A stretch of 63,995 nucleotides of DNA, filler included, from Piptocephalis cylindrospora (lineage: Eukaryota), in NCBI GenBank assembly GCA_003614145.1. It is 5 parts of 5 records of this genome, joined end to end, with 100 filler letters (N's around TTAATTAATTAA, not from the genome) between each part and the next. Parts side by side here need not be neighbours in the genome. Positions count along the whole stretch, not along the records: positions 41,426 to 55,020 come from KZ987940.1; positions 55,121 to 63,995 come from KZ988123.1; 3 more parts are not named here. The stretch is one strand, 5' to 3'. The translations under genes and the position numbers were made by a program. Shown piece after piece: positions 46,031 to 58,214 of the stretch (the first letter of the stretch is position 1; every line of letters starts with the position of its first letter). The notes beneath the pieces were generated by a model that had not been told where the DNA came from, searched no databases, and saw nothing but the letters and a program-made list of their open reading frames with translations.

Positions 46031-46779
46031 TGTTAAGGTGGAACAAGTAGGAGAAGAGGAGGATCAATGTGATGGCTTTGGGTAGAGGTAGAGGATGATT
46101 GACGTTCGTAAGCCCTTTTGAAGAATAGGAAAAGATAATGGGAGGAGGAGAAGGAGGAGTGGACGGTAAAAAAAAGAGGAGGATGGACTGAGGAAGGGTG
46201 GATGGTTGGACTTTATAGAGATGAGAGACAGCGTTCATTACAATCGGAGATGCATTTTTTCGGCGGGTGTCAGAATGAGGAAGGGTGTTGCTCTTTTCCT
46301 AGGGGCCACTGCATGGCTAGATGGATGGGCGGTAGGACTGATTCCATTGGGATCTGTGACCAAGTAGACCGCCGGAGTTGGGCGAGATGAATGGATAACC
46401 GATAGCTGGCTCGGTGTACTTGGACATAGTAGAGCTTGGTCGGTGAACGGATATAGAACTGCTCTCTCCTCATGTCTAGATACAGAATGGGTCGGCAAGG
46501 GCTTTGACTCATACAAATTGGAACCGAGTAGAATGCGAAGAGGGACATCGAGGTTCATCGCTGGGGATGTGGTCATTTTATTGCGTATCATAATTGCTAT
46601 CGTCCAAATGCAAAACAAAGGATGGGTTCATCAAAGAAAAGTGAATATTTTAAAGATGATCGGGACGAATGGTGCTCGCATGGAATCCGTCATGGATCGT
46701 ACACTAACCAAGGTGGACAAAGGAACCATCCTGAATTTAGCCATAACATCTACCTGGAGCCCCCCCCCCCCCATCCTGC

Positions 46780-48258
46780 CTAGGACGATTTGGAGTGGGT
46801 AGGTGCCTTTTTCAGCTTCCAATCATCCCATGCTTCTTGAACCTTCTGATGAGTGACGCTCTTGCCCCATTCGTGACGCGCTCCGAGAACCATGTTCATC
46901 AGGTGAACAAAATCATTGGACAGCCTATTCTCTTTAGCTTGAGTCTCGGTGATTATGTGGGAGGTAAACTTGAGTTGGAATTTTCTCCATACCCAAGCAC
47001 GTAACCTTCCGGGAACGGAGCTGGCCTGGAGGTTGGGTATCTTCAGATCCTTCCCTGGAAACATCACAGTATACTTGGTGGCAAAAAGGGAGTAGAGATC
47101 GTTGTAGCGGACATATGTAGGAGTTTCATCTGATAGGGGCTGGAAATAACCCCAAGGCATAAATCCAACCGTCCCGACCATGTACTGACCCGGGGGGGAA
47201 CAAACCGAGTCCACATTTCTTTCTAGTATGGCAATACCAAAATCAGTGATCTTGAGGATGGGTCCACCTTTTGTGTTAAACACCATGATATTGTCAGGTT
47301 TAAGGTCACGGTGAATAACATGAGCTCGTTCGTTGATGTCGGTGATCGCACCCACCATCCCGTCAAACAGAGTATTCATGGTCTTTTCCGCCAGTCCAGA
47401 TATCATGTAGGAAGCCCCGTGAGCTCGATGAGCCTTGATGGGAAGGCCCTTGGCCATATTCTGGTTGACATACTCGCGTAGGTTGTAGGCACCCTGTTCA
47501 AGAATCAGGCCGTAGTGAGTGGGATTATCGGTGATGACATCCAGGACTCGGACAATATGTAGAGTGTTTACAGCATAGGACAGGACATGGGTGGTGACTT
47601 CATCGAGAAATGACTTTGTCACCGCTTCCGAAGTATATTTCCCACCGTCCCGGGTGATCATTTTAAAGAAGGCCTGATGCTCCACCTTCCCGTCACGCCA
47701 TATTCCTGTGGCAGTGTAACTCTTCCCCTTGTGTAGATACTTCTTGGAGGTCTGGTTGATTGTATACCTCTCCTGATGCTCACCGGATCTCATGGATTTC
47801 GGGCTTAGTGGCCGGTCTGCAGGTCCCTGTTGGGGGGAGGCGTTGGAAAGGGAGCGGTAAGTGTACCATGAGGCACATTTGGCCCAATAGTGCAAGGAAT
47901 CTGGGTTGCTCTTGATTTTTTCCGAAAGGAAGGGAAATACAGAAGCGGGCATTTTGACGCTGTCGTGGCTCACGTGGGAGGATATGCTGGGGTATGCGCG
48001 ACAAATGGAATCGAGCTCCTGCGCATCCGCATCCGATTCCGCGCTAGCCGTGCTATGGTATGAACGCATCGATGATTTGATAGTAGAGAGAGGAGTGGTT
48101 CGGGCCTGGGTAGTCCATGGGAAGGAGGAGGATAGAACAAGGGTGAGTAAGAGCAGGATGGATGTTTTACGTAAGAAAGCTTGGCCCCAACTATAGGAAT
48201 AGGAGGATGGGGTGGATAGAGAGAAGAGGGATGGGATCCCCAGAATCATGGTTATCAT
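46780..48258 (-). CDS. Putative secreted Ser/Thr protein kinase, intronless
   Basis: Hydrophobic segment SILLLLTLVLSSSFPWTTQA; AFFK, LDEV, VIHRDLKPDNIMV, LKITDFGIA, VGTVGFMP and NDLYSL. Confidence 0.9.
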   Translation of the reverse strand: MITMILGIPSLFSLSTPSSYSYSWGQAFLRKTSILLLLTLVLSSSFPWTTQARTTPLSTIKSSMRSYHSTASAESDADAQELDSICRAYPSISSHVSHDSVKMPASVFPFLSEKIKSNPDSLHYWAKCASWYTYRSLSNASPQQGPADRPLSPKSMRSGEHQERYTINQTSKKYLHKGKSYTATGIWRDGKVEHQAFFKMITRDGGKYTSEAVTKSFLDEVTTHVLSYAVNTLHIVRVLDVITDNPTHYGLILEQGAYNLREYVNQNMAKGLPIKAHRAHGASYMISGLAEKTMNTLFDGMVGAITDINERAHVIHRDLKPDNIMVFNTKGGPILKITDFGIAILERNVDSVCSPPGQYMVGTVGFMPWGYFQPLSDETPTYVRYNDLYSLFATKYTVMFPGKDLKIPNLQASSVPGRLRAWVWRKFQLKFTSHIITETQAKENRLSNDFVHLMNMVLGARHEWGKSVTHQKVQEAWDDWKLKKAPTHSKSS

Positions 48259-49531
48259 CAATCGAGGAGGAGGGAAGAGGGTGCGCCTTATGGTGGTGGC
48301 GGTTTGAGATTTTGAAAAGGATGATTCAAGTTCGTTAGGAAAGGGTAGAGAGGGGGTGGTGGACGGGGAAGAAGGAGCTCGTAGGGGGAAACCTGATGCC
48401 TTGAGCCCTTTTTTTATTACCCTGGGAAGGAGTAAGCGATGTCGGCTAATGCAGCTGGGCAAGTATGCTCCAGTTATTCCCTTACCCAGGGCCTGCAATG
48501 GGACCTGAGTGATTACGCCAGAGCACACGAATATCAATGGTGCTGTAAGGATAAAATCAGTCCATGATGGTCAGGGGCGCAGACGAAGGGTGAAGCCTGT
48601 ACTGAGGAGATGTAATGTCGATTACTCTTTGAATACATGCGTGGTCCCATCTACAATGGAACCATCCCCGCTCGGTGTGAACAGGCGATACTCCACGATG
48701 GCCACTCATGTCCAGATATGCCTGAGCGCGTGGTCATCACATCATGCTTCTGCCTTTCCGTTTGTGCTGACAATATCCTGGGCCCTTCCTGGGTCTCATC
48801 CGTGGGGACGAGGTACAGATACCACGAGAAAGAGAAGGGGACTTGTCCAATGGGGTATTTTGTTTTCATGGTCCGCCCAGATGGACTGAGGCAGATGTTA
48901 CACTTAAGAGAGGGTTGATTCGTGGGCCTTAACGCCCTTCCCTCCTGGGACCATATTGCTCGAGTGAATGACGGCACGGCCTCCTGGAAAAATATCTACT
49001 GTACAGAAAGGGGGAAGAGGCAGCAAGTGATGTTGATCCACTAGTGATCTAATCCCCATCATCTTGTTATTGACTCCTTTCCCTTTGTTCGTGTCATCAT
49101 ACTCATTGTTTGATAGGAACGAGTTGGGTGATCTTGATGTCACGATGAGGATCGTTAGCAGCGTTGTCCGTGCATTGTGCACCTCCTTGGGATGTTGGTT
49201 GTGAGAAGGCTTCCTTCACCAAGTATATCCTGGTCAAGTTTCACCAGAAAGTTAAATTTAAAATTTGAGACGGTTTCGATGTGCACAGGCCGACAACTGC
49301 CCAGGAGGTGTATTGATTCATGTCTAAAAATCATCCCAAAAACAACCTATTGCTATGAGCCTGTGCTCTTCACCAAGTCGATCCGATCTGAACAGGTCGT
49401 CCAGGTGTGTGGGAAACGGGAGGGAGATAAGGGGGGACACATCCCACAAGGGTAATAATAATAATACTAAGTACTGGATCTTCCCTTCCCCCTCCTCCCC
49501 TCACTAGACACACGCTGCCTTCACGCTCAGC

Positions 49532-51325
49532 ATGCCTAATCCAAAGGAAACCGTTGAGGAAAAGGAAGAATGGGAATTCACTCAGCCGCTGTCACACGCC
49601 TTGAAATGCCCCATATGCCACGACCTCCTTCGTGCCCCACTGATCACGCGAGGCTGCTCCCACTCGTTTTGCGCCGTGTGCATCCACCGGTCCATCCAGC
49701 ATGAGCCAGCCTGCCCGCTGTGCCGAGCTCGCCTCCACGATGGAGACCTCCATCCAAACCTGGCACTCTCGGCTGTGTGTGAGGAGGTGACTGTATGGTG
49801 CCCCTATCGGTCCTCGGGGTGTACTGAACCCTTTCCCACGGCGCAGATCAAGGCTCATTTGAGTCGATGCCCTTACCGAAAGGCCACATGCTCCACGGGT
49901 GAAAAACTCGGGTGTCCTTGGACGGGTGAGCGTAGACTGATGCTTAGGGTGTGTGTAGAAAGATTGGGGGTACGCTAATGATACTCATCCATCATCCATG
50001 CCTCTTCTGCGAATTCCATACAATCAGGGCCATGGAAGGATTTGGAGGATCATCAAAAAAGCTGTGTATACTATGGGATGCGCCATGCCTATCAAGAGAT
50101 GATAGATCGCATGGCAGATTTGAAGAAGGATATTGTGGTAGGGTATTTATCATTCAATGGTGTCGTCTCACGAGCCTCTTGAATTAACACTCGCCATTAC
50201 TCTGATGAATAATTTTAGAAACAAGTCATGGCTGAGATCTATTCTACTCAGTCTCACTCCAACATCGAAAAGTCCCTTAGTCCGGATCAAGTGAGCGCTG
50301 AACACTCTGAGGAGAATCGTCCTTCTCCAGAACCCACAGTTAACTTTGGATCCCGTGTCACCCTCACGGGCCACCGAGCTGGCTTTACCTCCCTGGCTTC
50401 ACAGGGAGGGTACTTGTATGCTGGATCGCACGATGGGTCCATCCAGACTTTTCACCTGAACGGGAATCCTGACATGCTTCTGGATACCCAAGCTCACAGC
50501 ATGTCCGTTTGGGCCCTGACTTATCATCCGTCTGCCCATGTCCTGGTCAGTGGTAGCAAGGATGGTTCTGTTAAGGTTTGGGATCCCGAGAGAACGGGGG
50601 AACCAGGGAGCCTGAAGCTTTTACGTAGCTTGGAGGGCCATCAGGGAAAGGTGTATACCTTGGATTCTTGCCCTTCCTCCCAGCTCCTTCTTTCAGGGTC
50701 CTCAGACCAGACCATCAGGCTTTGGGACGTTTCATCAGGGGAGTGCTTAGGAACATTGGAGCCAGGGCACTCTGGGACAGTCAATGCATTAAGTCTGGAC
50801 CCTCACTCCAATGGTTCCAGGGCATACTCGGCTTCAGGGGATGGTACTGTACGGATTTGGGATGTGGGGGGTAGGCAAGAGGAGAGGATCTTGACCTCAT
50901 TTGTGAATCAAGCAGCCTTGGGACTGGCAGTTGATCCAGATCACCCAGGAATTGTGTATGCTTCGACCCAAGATGCTCTTATCCACGTCCTGGACACACG
51001 GGTCCCGGAGCCGAGGGTGGCCGAGCTCTCCGGGCATGATTGGGAGGTGTGGAAGATACAAGTGGCAGGGTCTGGTGCCGTAGGCTCTGGGGGTGGGGGT
51101 TTCCTATGGAGTGGGAGCTTTGACCATACCCTTCGTCGATGGGATCTTCGGATGCTACAATGCTCCGGGACCTGGAGGGAGCATGCAGGGTACATTCACT
51201 CGGTCCTCGCCTTGCCTGGTGATGTCACCTCATCTTCCGGGTACACCCTAGCAACGGCTTGTGCGGATCGAACGGTTAAGTTGTGGGGGGAGGAGGAGCT
51301 TTCATTGACAGAGGGGAGTGAATAA
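49532..51325 (+). CDS. RING + TRAF-type zinc finger + WD40 protein (TRAF7-like E3 ligase)
   Basis: C3HC4 RING CPICHDLL...CSHSFCAVC...CPLC; CPYRSSGC...HLSRCPY...C zinc finger; about 7 WD40 repeats; introns ~49926-50027 and ~50138-50218. Confidence 0.85.
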
Positions 51326-51471
51326 GAGAAGTGGCCACACTGCAATAGAAATATCCAATTCTTTTGTATTAACAATTTGCCTATTTGTGAATAAATATGT
51401 ATACACACTTCACATCCTTCACTGTTTACTGTTTACTACACTTCACATCCTTCCCATGTGAAGGCCGATGT

Positions 51472-52437
51472 TTAGGGCTGAGTGCCCTGAGACTGGAAGC
51501 GACGACTATATAGCTGAAGTCGGTGAAGTCGCGCGGTCTGTTCATCCACCAGACGTTGGAATCTATCTCGTCGGGATTGGGCTTGTCGTAGCCAACCTGC
51601 ATAGGCAGCTTGCATGGCTATCGCTTCTTGATTATGGCGGCTCTGGATGGCTGGATTTATGGCTGGGAGGTCCAGGGAGGAAATAGATGGAATGGACGGA
51701 GTAGGAAAGGGAGGGGATGCACTATGGAAAGGGGGGGAGGGGCTATGGAAGGGAGGGGAGGGGCTATGGGAACCCTGCTCCACCCATTCCACCACCTCCA
51801 CGGCTCCATCAGCCGTGGGGGTGCCTCCTCCACTTGGTCGGGGGGGCGAGGCGGAAAGATGAGTGTGATAGTCCCCGGAGAAAAACCTATGGTCCGAGAG
51901 CCCTTCATGCTGTAGGATGGGAGTGCTAGTGACGGGGAACCTTCCATCCCTCCCCTCTCCCCTCCACTCGGACCATCCTGACCGACCATCTCCACTCTCC
52001 ATCTGCAAATCATCGTCATCCTCCCATGTGGGGGGGTAGACAATATGCGAGGTGGGAACGACGTTGGGGTAGAAGGACCGAGATCGGGATATGAGGGGCT
52101 GGGCCGACACTGGAGGGGGAGGTGTAGGGGAGGAGGACCATCGATGAGGTGGTGGTATGGGGGTGAAAGCAGCGGCGGAATCCCCAGAAGAATATTCTTG
52201 TTCTGCCGGGCCCTCACCATAGCCCTCGTAGATGTCCACCCGCCTTGGAATATGATTAGAGGGGGGCTCCAAGAGCCATCCAATATCAGCTTGTTCCCTT
52301 TCGGCCTGTTCCACCTCAGCATCTTCCGGGATACGGATTCTCGGAGGTGTGGATCGGTGATGAAGACATCTTTTTGCTGTTAAACTATGCCTGTACTGAG
52401 GGGGGTGGGCTGAGGAAAAGTGGATTGGGTAGCCCAT
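51472..52437 (-). CDS. Hypothetical Pro/Ser-rich protein with a C-terminal coiled coil
   Basis: Open frame of about 320 codons; helical tail EAIAMQAAYAGWLRQAQSRRDRFQRLVDEQTARLHRLQ. Confidence 0.55.
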   Translation of the reverse strand: MGYPIHFSSAHPPQYRHSLTAKRCLHHRSTPPRIRIPEDAEVEQAEREQADIGWLLEPPSNHIPRRVDIYEGYGEGPAEQEYSSGDSAAAFTPIPPPHRWSSSPTPPPPVSAQPLISRSRSFYPNVVPTSHIVYPPTWEDDDDLQMESGDGRSGWSEWRGEGRDGRFPVTSTPILQHEGLSDHRFFSGDYHTHLSASPPRPSGGGTPTADGAVEVVEWVEQGSHSPSPPFHSPSPPFHSASPPFPTPSIPSISSLDLPAINPAIQSRHNQEAIAMQAAYAGWLRQAQSRRDRFQRLVDEQTARLHRLQLYSRRFQSQGTQP

Positions 52438-53798
52438 GATGATGTATAATGGTGGGTGGGAATGCAGAAATGGTATTAGAGTATGCAAAGATAAGTGCAA
52501 GAAGAAGTAAAGGATACAGGAGTAAAGGAATGGTCAAAGATAAAGAGATGTAACTAGTGATCTATCCAGTCTATTTATACGACACGTACATAACGTCGTC
52601 ATCGTCATCATTTGCTGCCCTTGTCAATTATCCTTGCGTTAGGCATACAGTCTTTGTATAGGCTAAGGATGTATGATTGGGCTTGGAGATGGGGAAGAGG
52701 GGGTCAACAGCATAGGGTAAGACAAAGAAATTCCTTTCTATGATTGAAAAATGGACTGACACGAACAAGAGAGGGGTATTCGTATTATTAGTATAAGACA
52801 AAGAACGAAGGTCAGTGGAAGGATCCAATGTGCGAAAAGGATGCGAGAGGAGAGGGTTACAAGGCACAAGCATGGCGCGGTTGTGGGGAAGAGAATGACG
52901 AGAATCCCACACACAGGGATTGGATCGAAAGCACGGATTGGTGATTACGTGTGTCTGTTCGGGGGTATAGGGACAGGAGACCAAAGACATGCGTATATGC
53001 GGGTCGTATATGCGGGCGTGTGCGTGAGGTGAAACCCCTTATTGACGGGCAGATGGACATGTATACATACAAGCATGCACACTCAAAACGCACATCTCAA
53101 ACATGGGAGATGTTCGTGTCGGATGAGTATGATTAAGGCCCTACCCTTGACGACCCTAGGATGTGTGCACTTGGCCTTTTCTCTTCTACCAAGCGCCTAC
53201 GTTCGAATCTTGATGATAAGGGAAGGGAGATAGACATGGATGAGAAGATCTCTAGGCTTGGATATCCTCGATCCCAAGAGGAAGGGTCTAGACGATGAGG
53301 ACAAATGGGGTAAGTATAAAATGGTCCTTGCAAGTGAGCAAGGACAATGAAAGAGACCAAAAACGGAAAGAATATATATGTTACTATTAATATTGAATTG
53401 GCTACTCTGACCTGATCCGTCGACACTACAATGCCTTGTTGATTCCCATTTTTGCGCTAATGATAGTAGCAGCAGCGTCTCTCTTTGCAGCATCATTTCA
53501 TAGACCCTAACCTAGGGTACCTTGATAACCCACAGCACCAACAATGCACCATCTTTTTTATATAAAAAATAAAAGAAGCACGGGCGTGTTGGCGAGGGAA
53601 GGAGACAAAGAGGAAGAAATGTGACTATCCATATCAATCTACCTTCACTCCCACGCCTCCCACTCCTTCCTACCTCTTCTCCCTTTCCCTCTCCCCCAAA
53701 CTCTCCTCCCAACCCGACGCCTATCCAACACCTTTTGATAACACCGAGAAAGAGGGAAGAAAAGAAAGAGAGAGAGGGAGAGGGAGAGAACACACACA

Positions 53799-55020
53799 TT
53801 AATGATGATGGGGGGGGTAGTGGTAGGAGGAGGATGAGGGGGAGGGGTTGGAGGGAGAGGAGTGCCCAGGGGAATAGTCGCCTGCCTCGCCCCTGCTCCT
53901 ATCCCCTCCACCACGCTCCAAAGCATCCTCCTCAGCCTCCAGCTCATCCAATTCCTCCTCTAGACCCCGATGAGCTCCATTGCTATGTCGACTACTGACA
54001 CTATTACCCCGGGAAAGGGCCATTCCGCCCCCGGGAAGAGAAACGTAGGGATCACCTGTGGAGGGGGCCCCGTCCCGTCGAAGAGGACCACCGGCAGACA
54101 TGGGAATGGGCGGGAGGTGAGAGGAGGCTTGGGAGACGCCCATACCATAGGCACCTCGCCGAAGGCTACCTCCTGCTCCACTACCCCCACCTTGTAGGCT
54201 CCCACCACTATGGCTGCCCATACCACCACCGCCAGGGCCATTAGGATGATGACCCCCGGGGCCAGAGCCAGCAGCATTGGCAGCAGCCATGGCGGCGGCC
54301 ATGGAGTACATATTATCAGGATGACCCACGGAGAGGGACTGGCTACGGGACTTGAACCTTGCTCCTCCCATCCCTCCAAGACCCATACTTCCTACCCCTC
54401 CACCGCCTCCACTGCCCATTTGGCCAGGAATACCCCCTGCTCCTCCACTGGCATAAGTCCCAGGGCCAAGGCCCTGACCGCCTGCCCCACGAACAGCGTA
54501 ATAGGAGGAGGGGCCCCCACCTACACCACCGTACACCATACCTCCACCGCCGCCAGTGGGTCCGCTCATAGCATTGGACCCATCCGGGTGAATGCCTCCG
54601 GGAGGGCCTGGGGCCGAGGGCCTTTGATAGACCGATGGGGATAATGGGACCATCTGAGCAGCAGTATTGGGAGTGGGGGGTGGAGGGAGTTGGGAGGATC
54701 TCTGGTGCTTTGGACTCATCCGCGTGGAAATGTAGAGGGGGGGAGCAGCAGTCATGTACTGAGGAGTGGTTCCCTGCCCACTGCTGCCACCAGAGGAGGA
54801 ACTCTCGTACCCACCGCCCATTCCATCCCTCTCCGTACCCGGAGTGGATCGAGGGGAGGGACCAGTACCCTGACCGGCCCCACGACCATATGGACTACCG
54901 CTCCCGGAGTGAGGGGAGGGAGTTGGGTGTTGTGGAGAGGAGGATGAGGGGGAGGATGTAGATGAAGAGGAGGAGGAGGGAGAGAGGCCGCTGCCATGAG
55001 GGGAATAATAATGCTGTTGA
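53799..55020 (-). CDS. Gly/Ser/Pro-rich hypothetical protein fragment (5' end probably lost at contig break)
   Basis: Long low-complexity ORF extending toward the gap; no recognisable domain. Confidence 0.5.
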
Positions 55021-55120
55021 NNNNNNNNNNNNNNNNNNNNNNNNNNNNNNNNNNNNNNNNNNNNTTAATTAATTAANNNNNNNNNNNNNNNNNNNNNNNN
55101 NNNNNNNNNNNNNNNNNNNN

Positions 55121-55274
55121 GACCAAGCGTGTCAAGTATCTCGAGGAAAACTGGGCCGCTAAAGATGTTCACTTGACTCCGGAGGAAGTACAGGAAATTC
55201 GGGAGACGGTCGATGCAGCTGCCATCATTGGTCCCCGATATTCTGAGACGTTCAGCAAAAGCTTGGACAATTGA
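55121..55274 (+). CDS. Aldo-keto reductase C-terminal fragment
   Basis: TKRVKYLEENWAAKDVHLTPEEVQEIR...GPRY*, a typical AKR C-terminus. Confidence 0.85.
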
Positions 55275-55635
55275 TCGAAGTATTTATTTTTCATGCCTCG
55301 CTATTGACAATTAGGGATGAAAAGTACAATAATAGACGGCAACTTCATTTATTCGCCAAAGCATGAGCCCATAACAGCAGTGAACCTGGAGCAAAATCAG
55401 CTACCCCTTTCCCCTCTTCTCATTGTCTCCTAATGCCTATTTCATCTAAAGGAAGTCATGTCATACTTTTTAAAGAAGGAAATAAAGGTCCAATATGTTG
55501 CTACTGCCTCTACCCCAAGTCTAGAGCGCCATGCCTCATGTCATCGCGAGCGGGGCAATCCCCGCTTCAGGGGATAACCCTAAGGAGGAGCGTCTAAAGG
55601 TGGTTGCTCTCATAAACAAGATGGGTATCTTCGCC

Positions 55636-55830
55636 AAGTAGGTCAAGCCAGCTGATGAGAGCTCAGCTAAGGGCAAGATGCACAAGTTCTGGAAGACCCA
55701 ATCCGTCCCTCAAGGTAGTGAGCCCTTTGCTAAAGTAGTCACGTGCATATAGACTTGTTCATCTCACTCCACCCCCACATAGACGGAGAGGAAGAAGAGA
55801 AAGCTAGAGACACGTCGACACACCCTGTGA
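55636..55830 (+). pseudogene. NMT1: N-myristoyltransferase N-terminal fragment, truncated
   Basis: KMHKFWKTQSVPQ (cf. the conserved HKFWxTQPVP motif) followed by a GT...AG intron-like segment; the reading stops at the Merlin-end repeat. Confidence 0.55.
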
Positions 55831-55974
55831 GGGATCAAATTTGGCATGGGGGCATCCTGATACTCCGTAGCTCTATGCCTATTGGCTGATATTTACCCTC
55901 AACATCACCCCCATGTCAATGCATCATTGGTCAAAATTTGGCTCAATGAAAGAAATGCCAATTTTAAAATACGG
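55831..55974 (+). mobile_element. Dispersed repeat homologous to the Merlin element end at 5968-6114
   Basis: Collinear shared blocks GGGATCAAATTT, CCTATTGGCTGATATTTAC, ATTGG and AAAATACGG. Confidence 0.8.
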
Positions 55975-57203
55975 TTGCGGCAGCCATGCTAAAACTCAGC
56001 ACAAGGACCTGGCCCATCATGGGCTATCCTTTGACTATCTGGCTTATCCAAGCAATGCATCTCTAGGATTCATCGCCCCATGAAAGTACGGGTGAGGACA
56101 TCATTCTTATTCAAGAGGCGTTTGAGTGAGGGAAGAAGACGGAAAGGAAGGTCAAACCCAACCTCCTTGTTTCTCTTGGACAGCACTGATAATTTGTTTA
56201 GATATGGGAGAGAGCATCGATCTATTGGACCAATACTGTAAGTGATGGCACTGTGAACTCACACGCACAGGGGGATTTGGCCCCCCCACCATGTCAACTG
56301 TCACACAAGGCAGTCTGAGTTTAAATATGGAGCAGAAAAATCGTGTGTTTTATCCGCTTGTAGGAATATTCAAGGGCGCTCCCTCTCAGTGACGGCAGTT
56401 CAATTCTCGGATGTCCCTACATCCAGTGCATTGCTGTATTGAAGCGTCCCCCCATTTTCATCACGTTTAGATCCATTTTCCCATCATGCCCTAGCTGAGT
56501 ACGAATCAGTAAGCGAATCTCGCTTTCTTTTCTCATGATTCGTTAAGCCTCATATCTTTTTGCATAGAGATGAGTAAATGATAGTTGGGTAATGGGAACA
56601 GCGGCTTCTCAATGGAGGGGTCCCGTTGAGAAAATAGAAACCCATTCAGATTTCACTGTTTGGCCATTCCGCTGGTAATGACCGCGTTAAGGAGCTGATA
56701 TCTTGATCAGGAAGTCTTCTAGTCTCTGTAGGCGGGGATAGGACATGAGAGAATTTGAATGTAAGGAGGGACACACCAGACATTTTTTTATTGAACCTTT
56801 CACCATCTTTCGTTTTGGGCTTGCTCATTGGACATCATATTATTCACAGCCTTTCAAACAGAGCCGGAACGTGAGCATTTAGATGGGAATAATTGTATTG
56901 GCTACTTCTTTGAAGGCATTCGGAGCGAGAACCATCAAGTACTTAATGTTGGACCGCTCCCGCAAAACCTCTCTTCATCTTCTAATAATCCATTCTTCTT
57001 TCTTCCCCCTCCTCTCAAACTCGCTCTATCCCCCTGCCTTTCTCTCTTTTCTTCCTCTATCTCACCGGTTGTCAAGCAGGCCTTGTCAGTTCATCCAACC
57101 CTCTTGCTTCCCGATATCTACATCTCCGTCAGCCTTCTGACCAAAACAATCATCGCGCCCAGCTGCTCAACTTCATATCTCCTCCTCTTCCCCTCCTCTA
57201 AAA

Positions 57204-58214
57204 ATGACTCGTCAGCCTTTGGCCATATTGATCCTTACCATCGCTCTATTGGCCTCGTCTGCCCTTGCCAGCCCCAAAGGTATAAAAGCGCCCAAGATTA
57301 AAATTCCCAGCTTCGGCGGCTCCAAGGGTGGCTCCAGCAGTTCAGGCAGTACCGTGGGCGGAGGCCGCAAAACCTTTTCATCAGGGTCTTTTGGCCTATC
57401 GGGATACCATCCCATTATTGTGCCTTATCCAATGCCGTACTATCATTCAGGAGGGATCTACAACGGTAGTCCCGACAGCCATGGACAAAACCCTTCCAAC
57501 CTCACGTCCCAAGCTCCTAGCTTCAATCGAATGACTATGAATGTTCAGTTTTATCAATCACAGCCCCTTAAATCTTTCCCAACCCGAGTGGTCTTTAAGA
57601 ATCTTCCTGCCCAAACCAGACTTGTTCACACTGCAGAGCCGGCCTTTACAAACTTGAAAGGCCTGGACGCCGGGCCAGAGGCCGAATGGGATATTAGGTG
57701 GGCCAAGATTGATTTGAAGACACCAAACATTACAGTCAACGATGTTTCGGTGTTCCAGATCACTTTGAATGGGAACGAGACTTGTTTAACAAGTCGTGCC
57801 ATCAGCCGTGTTGCGGATCCAAACAATTCCACCAAGATAGATGAATATCGCGACGTTGGAGCTATGCCTGTATTCGACAAATGTAACAAGCATGGCTATT
57901 CTCGTACCCTCTTCCCTGGTGACACAACTGCTCCAGATGGCGATCAAGCGGAGAACCTCGATGGAATTAACCCAGAAAATCTAAGCGATGCCGCTTTCTT
58001 TGACGAATTCGCCGCTACCTTGTGGTTTGCTACGGATGACACTAGCGATAATCAGGGCGCCTTCCACATCAACAGCTACCAAGGAGCCCTTCGTGAACTC
58101 TGGACCTGTCTGCGCGAGGATGGGACTCTTCAGCCTTGCGACAATGGAATTGCTGATCTACAGTGGAGCATTACCGACCTTACTCCCCAGGGTCCCAAGG
58201 CTTCATCATCCTGA
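57204..58214 (+). CDS. Secreted protein with a Gly-rich N-terminus and ricin-B/beta-trefoil-like C-terminal motifs
   Basis: Signal peptide MTRQPLAILILTIALLASSALA; NETCLT...FDKC...TLW and WTCL...TLQPCDNGIADLQW motifs; several N-glycosylation sequons. Confidence 0.75.
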   Translation: MTRQPLAILILTIALLASSALASPKGIKAPKIKIPSFGGSKGGSSSSGSTVGGGRKTFSSGSFGLSGYHPIIVPYPMPYYHSGGIYNGSPDSHGQNPSNLTSQAPSFNRMTMNVQFYQSQPLKSFPTRVVFKNLPAQTRLVHTAEPAFTNLKGLDAGPEAEWDIRWAKIDLKTPNITVNDVSVFQITLNGNETCLTSRAISRVADPNNSTKIDEYRDVGAMPVFDKCNKHGYSRTLFPGDTTAPDGDQAENLDGINPENLSDAAFFDEFAATLWFATDDTSDNQGAFHINSYQGALRELWTCLREDGTLQPCDNGIADLQWSITDLTPQGPKASSS

